A DNA stretch of 64,000 nucleotides from Octopus vulgaris (taxonomy: Eukaryota). Both the position numbers and the translations under genes were made by a program. Shown here in pieces: positions 53,321 to 64,000 of this stretch (within the stretch, counting starts at the first letter, position 1; the number at the start of each line of letters is the position of its first letter). The notes under the pieces are model-generated. The model did no database searches, had not been told where the DNA came from, and saw only the letters and a list, made by a program, of their open reading frames with translations. The DNA is taken from the NCBI GenBank assembly GCA_951406725.2, contig OX597815.1, positions 34,534,001-34,598,000 on the forward strand, read 5' to 3'.

Positions 53321-54065
53321 TTCTTGCCTGTACAACATTTCTTAGCGGAGCATCAACTGCACAAGAATAACATACGATTACAAAGCCTCCATCACATCAT
53401 CCAACTTGAAGCTATTGAAATCCAATTACCTGTGTATTCTTAAAATTCTGTCTCTCCAAAAAGCTGCACATCGATCATCCATAACACCCTTTGACATCGT
53501 CAAAAAGAATTACACGTCTCTCATTGCGGACTCATTCAAGGATAATATCCATCAGCATCTTTTTGTCAAGATCTTTTGGTCAAGAAGCATATTATATCTC
53601 TCCTCTAATACATTTGGAAGCGCAGTGACCAAGAATATATTTGGAAATTCTATATCCCTCGTCTAATATATTTGGAAGCGTAGTAATCAAGGATGTGAAC
53701 TTATGTTCACATCCAGTACAATAGGAAAGTATCAGATACGGAAGCAGCTAGTGATATCTATTAATCGAATGTCCGAAATATTATCTAAGGGAAGTATTAT
53801 CTAATGGAAAGAAAATACTCCATGTTTTTGACCCACTTGACTATTCTAGGTGACACCAATTTATAACTGTGTATGTTTGAAGGTGTATAGATATGGATAT
53901 GCTTATGCATATGTTCATATATGCACACATGTATGGAATATATATATATGCCTGTGAGTGCATATAGGTGTGTGTATGTGTCTGCATGTGTATATGCTTG
54001 TATAGATAAATAGATATACATATATGCATATGTGTACATATATGTATGTATATATTTATATTCAC

Positions 54066-54122
<57 letters not shown>

Positions 54123-54126
<4 letters not shown>

Positions 54127-54452
54127 GCTTAGCCAGCGGGGTGGCGTTATTTGAAGGCTAAAACAATGCGAAGCGCATTGTGACCAGCGATATGTAGCAA
54201 CATATGATAGCCTGGCCGGTCACGTGATATATATATGTGGGGTAGAAAGGGCTCCTTAGCCGTAGTGAAGGCAATCTATCTAGGAGATAACCTTACAATA
54301 AATCACTGGGTCCGTAGCTAGAAATACTGGTTGACGTCGTCGGAAACAATGCTTAGCCAGTGGGGTGGCGTTATTTGAAGGCTAAAACAATGCGAAGCGC
54401 ATTGTGACCAGCGATGTGTAGCAACATATGATAGCCTGGTCGGTCACGTGAT
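54123..54452 (+). mobile_element. Two tandem ~105-bp 3' tails of SINE C separated by a ~115-bp spacer
   Basis: aatgcttagccag(c/t)ggggtggcgttatttgaaggc...ggtcacgtgat at 54123-54228 and 54348-54452. Confidence 0.85.
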
Positions 54453-54547
54453 ATATGATATATATATATATATATATACGTGAATATAAATATATACATA
54501 CATATATGTACACATATGCATATATGTATATCTATCTACCTATACAA

Positions 54548-54606
<59 letters not shown>

Positions 54607-55475
54607 TGTACATACGCACAAACTCACACACACACACATATGTATATATATACAGAGAGAGAGAGAGAGAAAAGAGAAAGAGAAAGAGAGAGAGAGGGAG
54701 AAGAAAGAAAGGAAGGAAGAAGAAAGAGGGGCAGAAAGATAGAGAGAGAGAGAGTTATTTTTAATTCTTTTTATATGCTTATATTTTTCATTGACTGCCG
54801 CCGACTCAATATTTACTTTTTCTTTTTCTTTTTTTTTTTTTTTTGGTTATAAGTAGCATATTTTTAGATATCAGGAACCAGTTACGCGATCAGCGTTATT
54901 CGAAAATCTCTGAGTAGTATTAGAGATAATTTTAGTATTACAATATGTTTAAGCTTTTGTTTAGTATGACTAAATCTGCTCACTTTTATTTTTCTGATTC
55001 TTTGGGGGTTTTAATTGTTTTTAAAACTTTCCCTCCTCCTCCTCCTCCTCCTCCTCCTCTCCTCCTCTTCCCTCTCTCTCCCTCTCTTTTTATTTCTCTC
55101 TCATTGAATTTCATTCTTCAGTCGTTTCTTTTTCTCTCTCCCTCTCTTTCTCAATTTCTCTCACTCTCCCTTACTCTCTCTCTCTCTCACACACACACAC
55201 ACGCGCGCGCGCAAACACTTTCTCTCTCTGTTTTTTCTCCTTCCTCCTTCTTTTCATTCTTCCTTTCTTTCCATCTTTTTTTATTCCAACTGCTTATCTT
55301 TCTTACTGGATTTATTACTCCCATTCTTTCTTACTCTATCTTTTCCTTCACCTTTCTTACGTTCTTTCTTACTTTATTCCTTGGTTTTCCCTCACTTTCT
55401 TTCCTTTCTTTCTTTCTTCTTTACTCTATACTCGACAATATTTGCCCAAGATGCGGCATCTTGGACAAATATTTT

Positions 55476-55520
<45 letters not shown>

Positions 55521-55894
55521 TTTTTGCTGTACTTTTCAAACAGCGCACACAACTGCTGATGGAATCGTAGGAGCGCCGTCGGGATTTATGAAGGACCGTC
55601 TTAGCAATATTGTAGGCCTACGGACAAATCAATGTCCTGGGCCCTATAGTATTTCTTTGAAAACAATAAACCACAGTATACTAGATCAGAACTGGGCATC
55701 TACAACCGTGAGGACCCTGAGCAACTGTCGAGTGTACCTATGTCATAAGACATCGCAGGACATATATTCGTGACAGGTATATTTTAAAAGCCGGTGAATC
55801 CCATTTTTCTTCCCATATCTGACAACAACCGATTCGTTACTGAAAGTGTGTGTATATGTATGTGTGCGTGGTGTGTGTATATGTGTGTGTGTCT

Positions 55895-56019
<125 letters not shown>

Positions 56020-57220
56020 GTTCGCCCGGTATCTGACGAGGACCATCTAGTCAAGCTGAGATGAACAGGATGTTTGATACCTCCAATTGCTGCAGTGAAA
56101 GGTCGCTGTTTGTGGCTATCTGTGGCTCCAAGAAGTTTCGGCCATGAATGATCATTGAAAACTATGACTGTCTATACAGCATTTCAAGAAGTGATGCAGG
56201 CACACGGAGAACCATAGAAGTCAACTGCTCTCGTCCATATATTACACCTTCCGTACAGCTGAAACTACGCAATTGATGGTACATTGTCACAATTGTGCAG
56301 GGTTCTGTGAGTGCTACAAGACCTTTAGTTTGGAGGTATCTGTTGTGTACTACCACACAGCGTTACCCAAGTGGTGAGATGGAGGATTATTGATAACTTG
56401 TGTGACGTATTTGGTTAAAAAAAAGTAAGGAACCACTTTATACTGTCAAGTTCACTTTCTTCCTGGGTCCCATCTTGAAACAGTGGCAGGACAAACGTCG
56501 AGACAAGAGATAAAGCCAGACATGGTGGATCAACAAGGCGTAGTCTATGTCCTGCAGCACATAAAGTGCCATTTTGACCGTTTAGTCTACAGTTGAATTC
56601 TTCCGCTCAGTCAGCCCGAATCTGAATTCACATAATAGGATAGATAGCTCCCTGATGCACCGAAGGTTCGAGACTCGTCCGTTTTCCTCACCTTGTTTAA
56701 CCCGCCTGTCAGAGCCGTTACTTGGAGTAATGCTGCCGTCATATTAAAAGCTATGTGGAAGCGTAAAGTAAGAGCTGAGAGAGTGGTTGTAAGGAACAAT
56801 ATGTGAACTGCCCCTCGAAAGGGTACAATAAACACTTCGGTCAGAAGTATTAATCATCCAAGACAACGTTTTCCAGAAAGGGACAGAAAGAGGGTGAGAG
56901 GAGAGAGGAGGTGGGTGAAAGAGAGATATAGAAGAAGAAGAAGAAGAAGAAGAAGAAGAAGAAGAAGAAGAAGAAGAAGAAGAAGAAGAAGAAGAAGAAC
57001 AACAACAACAACAACAACAACAACAATACCAACAATTGACCACAACAACAACAACTGACCATAAAATAATAGAATTTCATTCATCAATCCAGAAAGGATG
57101 ACAGGCAAAGTTGACCTCGGAAGTATTTGAACATAGAGTGCAGAGAGCTGGAACGAATATAGCAAGAGAATATTATACGACGCTCTAACATGTCAACCAA
57201 TTCACCTCCTGTGTACAGAT

Positions 57221-57251
<31 letters not shown>

Positions 57252-57302
57252 CGCGCGCACAAACGCACTCATGCTCATTATTTGCAAGTTCTGCCGATTA
57301 AG

Positions 57303-57345
<43 letters not shown>

Positions 57346-57348
<3 letters not shown>

Positions 57349-57548
57349 TCTCTCACGCAGTTGTCGAGTGGTACTCGCACGAGCGGAAAATACCGCCCGG
57401 AAGACCTCCACGACGGTGGAGTTACGATTTCAGGAGAACGATTGGGATCACGTGGATGAGAAAGGCGCGATCCAGAGAGGAGTGGACAGCATGCTGTGAC
57501 TAGCAGTGTCAAATGGACGCCTGACGGACTGGTCGGTCAAGGTGATCA
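57346..57548 (+). mobile_element. RTE-clade LINE extreme 3' end
   Basis: HAVVEWYSHERKIPPGRPPRRWSYDFRRTIGITWMRKARSREEW matches the RTE C-terminal W..R..GRP..RW..W..A..R..W pattern. Confidence 0.8.
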
Positions 57549-57559
57549 GCGTTCGTAAA

Positions 57560-57900
57560 AATGTTTTATCTCGTTTGGCTTAACAGCCCTTCTTGTTTGT
57601 GTTACTGTTATTCTCTGTCCTGTCTTTTACTGTTTATATTTTGTACTGTCGTTACTGTCCTGTTTTCGTTACCATTTTTCCCCCTCCGCAAAAAAATCTC
57701 AAATTTTATTTAATTTGATTTTCGCGGGAAGGAAAATTTCATTGAAGTCATGTATCGCCTTGACCTTCGAAACGTGGAGTAGATAAAACTAAGGCGACTG
57801 AAGAAGGGGAATTTTCTTTGTTTTGTGTTTATGTTTTCGTTTCTCATTGTGTTCGACGTTTCTTTGGTGTCCTGTACCCATGCATGTATATATACATGTA
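57560..57900 (+). mobile_element. Short repeat homologous to 7690-7920
   Basis: cttcGAAACgtggaGTAgata...gaCTGAAGAagggg. Confidence 0.5.
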
Positions 57901-57972
57901 GAGGTAGGTACGTACATATATGTATGTATATATGCATATGTTTTATTTATTTATTAATTTATATATATATAT

Positions 57973-58064
<92 letters not shown>

Positions 58065-58164
58065 GAAGAAAATTGAGTTTTAACTGATAAAATTCAAGTT
58101 AACATACTATCAAAATTATCTGTTACCTACAATTGTTTCCATACTCAACTCATTCAATTACAAA

Positions 58165-58400
58165 TTACTCTTTTACCCTTTTACTTGTTTCAGTCATTTG
58201 ACTGCGGCCATGCTGGAGCACCGCCTTTAGTCGAGCAAATCGACCCCAGGACTTATTCTTTGTAAGCCTAGTACTTATTCTAATCAGTCTCTTTTTGCCG
58301 AACCGCTAAGTTACGGGGACGTAAACACACCAGCATCGGTTGTCAAGCGATGTTGGGGGGACAAACACAGACACACAAACATATACACACATATACATAC

Positions 58401-58467
<67 letters not shown>

Positions 58468-58740
58468 ACGGGCTTCTTTCAGTTTCTGTCTACCAAATCC
58501 ATTCACAAGGCTTTGCTCGGCCCGAGGCTATAGTAGAAGACACTTGCCCAAGGTGCCACGCAGTGGGACAGAATCCGGAACCATGTGGTTGGTAAGCAAG
58601 CTACTTTATTTCATATAAATTTGCCATAAAGGCGTTACATAGAGGAGTTGCTGCGGGCTGGACAAAAACATTAATGAGATGAAGATGATAATGATGAACA
58701 AAAATGGGAGCTACTTACCACACAGCCACTCCTACGCCTG
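58165..58740 (-). mobile_element. SINE family A split by a 102-bp insertion in its head
   Basis: Body to 58606, head 58709-58740; TSD agctactt. Confidence 0.9.
58607..58708 (-). mobile_element. 5'-truncated 3' end of a relative of the 26199-28396 element
   Basis: Shares tatttca, atttgccataaaggc, tgcgggctggac, acattaatga and atggg with 26199-26310; TSD at 58599-58606 and 58709-58716. Confidence 0.85.
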
Positions 58741-59207
58741 CACCAACAATTAATTAATTAATTAATTAATTAAAAATTAAAAATTGCATCTTGAAATAAG
58801 GGAGTTCAATATTTCCTTAAGGTGAGAGAATTAGACACGAAAAGAATCACAACATAATCGATCGGGTGATCACCAACAGACTCAACACGACAACAATGTG
58901 TGTGCGTGTGCATGTTAAAAATTTAAAACAAAAAAACGTTATATATTCATGTTCTTTGGTTCCATTTATTTGTGTGCGTGTGTGTGTTAAATTTATTTGC
59001 GCGCGTGTTTGCGTTGCCTGCGTATCTGCTTTTGTTTATATTTGATGTGTGCATATGTACGTTAATATGTTTGATCACGTGACAAAACAGGAAATTACAT
59101 AACTTACTGCAGTTATTGTATTTGTATTTTACGTCATCAAAATATGAGTTGGAAACATTTTTATCATTACGCAAAATATCGAAAGTGAATACACGGGAAA
59201 ACATATT

Positions 59208-59342
<135 letters not shown>

Positions 59343-60650
59343 GCCTTTGCACAGCTTCTAACGCTGGAGATGAACTGCGGTGTCAGCTGTTCACCACCAG
59401 TGAACTAAGGTAACACCTCTTATTTTTCGAGCACCTTCCGGAGTATTCGAGCGGTTCTAAGCAGTGCTGTTTTCTGGAAGTGCTCCACCCTTATTGTAGC
59501 CCCTATTTGTTCCACGTATTTCTCGAGATTGTTGCTCACTGTTCCCAGGGCTCCGACAATTATTGGTACAACTGCTACCTTTTTCATTGACCATAACTGC
59601 TTAACTTCCCAAGCTAACCTATCATATCTCGACTTTTCTTTCTTCCTTATCGCATATATTGTTGTCAAATGGGCATGCTATATCTATGATCCAGCATTGT
59701 TTGTTTTCTTTCTCAATTAAGACTTATGTCTGGCTTCCTATTCTCTATCTCATGGTCGCACTGAATCGTAAAATCCCATAGGATCTTTGCATTTTTATTT
59801 TCAACAATACCTTCGGGTTTGTGGTCGTACCAATTTTTTGCTCTGTCAAGTCCATACTTGTTGCAAGGTGTCCAATGGACAAGCCTGGCTATATTGTCGT
59901 GGCGTCTCTTATACTCCTTCTAGGCTAGTGGCGTATACTGGCTGGTAATATGCCATACGGTTTCACCATTTTGTCCACAGATTCTGCACTTATCACTTTC
60001 TGATGTGTTGTCTATTCTGTATTTTATGTAGTTTGTTCTTAGTGCTTGCTCTTGGGCAGCACAGATTAGAGCCTCCGTTTCCGGTTTTAAATCAATTTTA
60101 GTTATCCACAGCCATCTTTTTTCTCTGTCTATCTTATCTTCAACATCTCGATGAAATTAACAATGCATTCTTTACTTTACCCACCTATTTTCAGTTTCAT
60201 TTGTTTTCAATTGCTTGTACAGTGCTTTATTTTTGCAATCTTTCATCCTACACAAACCTGACCTTCTTACTTCTAATAATAGCTGTTGTGCGGCATTTTT
60301 TACATACCAGGCTATGTTGTTTTCTTCTGCTCTAATGCTGTGTTCGCATCCAATCAGTCCTCTCCCCGCTCTTTTTCTTTGTACATACAGTCTGTCTGTG
60401 TTTCTTTTTGGGTGAAGTGTCCCATATCTAGTTACCAGCTCCTTGTCTTTCTGTCCATGCTCTTGTCTTTCTGTCCATGCTCTTGTCTTTCTGTCCTTTG
60501 TTACATATCTAAGGAGTGAAACCGCCCGGGCGTTGATAACTTCTATTTTATTCCGCCCATTTAATTTCGACTTAAAGATCAGTCTCAGTCTGCGCAAGTA
60601 CTCTACCTTAAAATTTTATGTCATTTCTTTCTCCATCAACTTATCTATTT
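59343..60650 (-). mobile_element. 5'-truncated R4/Dong-like non-LTR retrotransposon (RT thumb, zinc finger, restriction-like endonuclease), decayed
   Basis: KSKLNGRNKIEVIN, LYVQRKRAGRGL, CRICGQNGETVWHI, YKRRHDNIA, KILWDFTIQCD, VVPIIVGALG...KTALLRTARILRKVL; abuts (TAA)n. Confidence 0.88.
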
Positions 60651-61618
60651 GGGTTGAAATGTTTGGGGGTGGGATAACGAGGGAGGGGAGGGGGAGCGTG
60701 GAAGGGAGAAGGTGGGTAGGAGTGAAAAGGGGAAGTAGGTGTCAGAGCAAGAGAGGAGAGGAAGGTGGGAGGAAGTAGGTGTGAGAGGAAGAGAAGAGAG
60801 AAGAGGGAGTTAGATGAAGAGGGGAGAAGAGTTGAGCCCATGTGGCGCAAAGGAGTGAAGAGAGAAGATTAATCCCTGTTCACGGCGAAGATGGGAGTCT
60901 GGATGGCCTCTGTGCAAGGACAATCCGAACGCAGGTGTTGAAAAGAATGACCGGTAGAGCAGAAATGGCGCGAGACCGGGGTGTCGCTGCCGATTTTGAT
61001 GTCTCGGATGTGTTCCGTGAACCGGTCAGCCAAGCGGCGTCCCGTTTGACCGATGTACAGAGAAAGACAGAGAGAGCAGGCGAGGCAGTAGATGACGTTG
61101 CTAGAAGTGCAGGTGAAGGAGTCAGTGATGATAGGGTCGATGATGGGTGCCTGTGAGGAGGGTGGTGATGGAGAGGTAAGGAGAAGTGCGGGAGCATGCG
61201 CAGGAACAGGGGAACGAGCTGGATTGGAAGGTTAGGTTAGGGAAGAAGCTATGGGCCAAGAGGTCTTGTAGGTTGTGGGCTCGTTTGAAGGAGGGAGAGG
61301 TCAGTTAGGGAAGATGTGCGAAATGGAGGGGTCGGACTGGAGTCGCCGGAAGGCTCGGAGAATGTAGGGTACTGGGGTGGTAGGTGAGGGGAAACGGGAG
61401 ACGAGTGACGGCGGGACGGGTGCGGGGGGAGAGAGAGCAGGTGCATGGTCCATGGAACGTGCTCTGGCAAGGGCAGTGTGGATAGCGGTGAGGGGATATC
61501 CTCGTAGGATATGAAGTGGTGAGCCATGAGTTGAGACTGAGTCTCAAAGTCATGGTCGTCACTGCAGAGCCTGCATAGACGGAGGAACTGGGAATAGGGG
61601 ATGGAGAGCTTGGTGTGT
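60650..61618 (-). pseudogene. Penelope-like element 3' half: RT thumb, GIY-YIG endonuclease and pyrimidine-rich trailer
   Basis: Manual translation HTKLSIPYSQFLRLCRLCS and SFTCTSSNVIYCLACSLCLSLYIGQTGRRLADRFTEHIRDI...VSRHF. Confidence 0.9.
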
Positions 61619-61647
61619 TAGTTCTATTTTCCTCTTCGTATTACCGT

Positions 61648-61747
<100 letters not shown>

Positions 61748-61974
61748 GTGTATGCTTGTGCGTCTGAACGCACGAGGGCGCGAGTGTATTACTTAAGAGA
61801 GTTTGATTCGGTAATCTAAGCCTGAAAGAGACGTGTTTCTGTTAGAGGTCCTCGAAACTTTAAGTAGGGTAGAGCCAAATCAAACTGGTTTAAATAATAC
61901 ATGTGACTCCTAATAAATGTGTTGTTTATCCACTAATTCGCGCTCGTGTGTGTGTCTGTGTGTGTACATGCGTG

Positions 61975-62158
61975 TATGATAGATCGTTAGCTACTACACG
62001 CATTTTTTTCTCTCCTTTTTTTCTGTGTATCTTTCTGTGGAAGAGCGTAGGCTCGAAACGTAAAAGACTTTTTCTATTCCTGAGCGCTATACTAATACAT
62101 TTGTTTATTTGTACACCACCTGCCTTCGTCTTTTGTTTATTTTCGTAAACTTTCTCTG

Positions 62159-62160
<2 letters not shown>
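61975..62160 (+). mobile_element. HH1-related short element with a hammerhead-like core (62030-62067)
   Basis: tcttt-CTGtgGA-a-GAGC-gtag-GCTC-GAAAC-GTA-aaaga, followed by ttcctgagcg as in HH1. Confidence 0.65.
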
Positions 62161-62191
<31 letters not shown>

Positions 62192-62409
62192 ATGTGTGTG
62201 TGTGTGTATGTGTGTGTGTGTGTATGTGTGTGTGTGTGTGTACGTGTTTCTGTATGCATATATCATGTATGAGCAACCAACAAACATTTTCTAAAGCAAG
62301 GACTCAATGCGTTTCTGTAGAGTCAAGCAAACACGGGCGATACTTAAAAGTCCCAGTCATACGAAGATGTGTGTCTGTATATGGAGTATGTGTACGTACA
62401 TACACTCTG

Positions 62410-64000
<1,591 letters not shown>

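Overview
AT-rich eukaryotic DNA saturated with microsatellites ((ACAT)n, (AT)n, (AC)n, (AGAT)n, triplets). The SINE/microsatellite landscape resembles an octopus or other cephalopod genome (inference, not searched). I can support no host protein-coding exon; almost all ORFs in the track are microsatellite translations. The window is a transposon graveyard: at least four tRNA-headed SINE families; fragments of CR1, RTE, R4/Dong-like, Penelope-like (PLE) and APE-type LINEs; mariner and hAT-type MITEs; and three GGATC-ended MITEs with 8-bp TSDs. Main finding: a 2.2-kb element encoding only an ORF1/gag-like zinc-knuckle protein (Tx1-like, no RT) sits inside the tRNA-derived head of a SINE (26199-28396). 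A diverged, 5'-truncated relative sits at the same nucleotide of another copy of that SINE (58607-58708). This points to a SINE-targeting, site-specific, non-autonomous retroelement. The window also holds many short elements with minimal hammerhead-ribozyme cores. Coordinates were read by eye; degenerate element boundaries are approximate.
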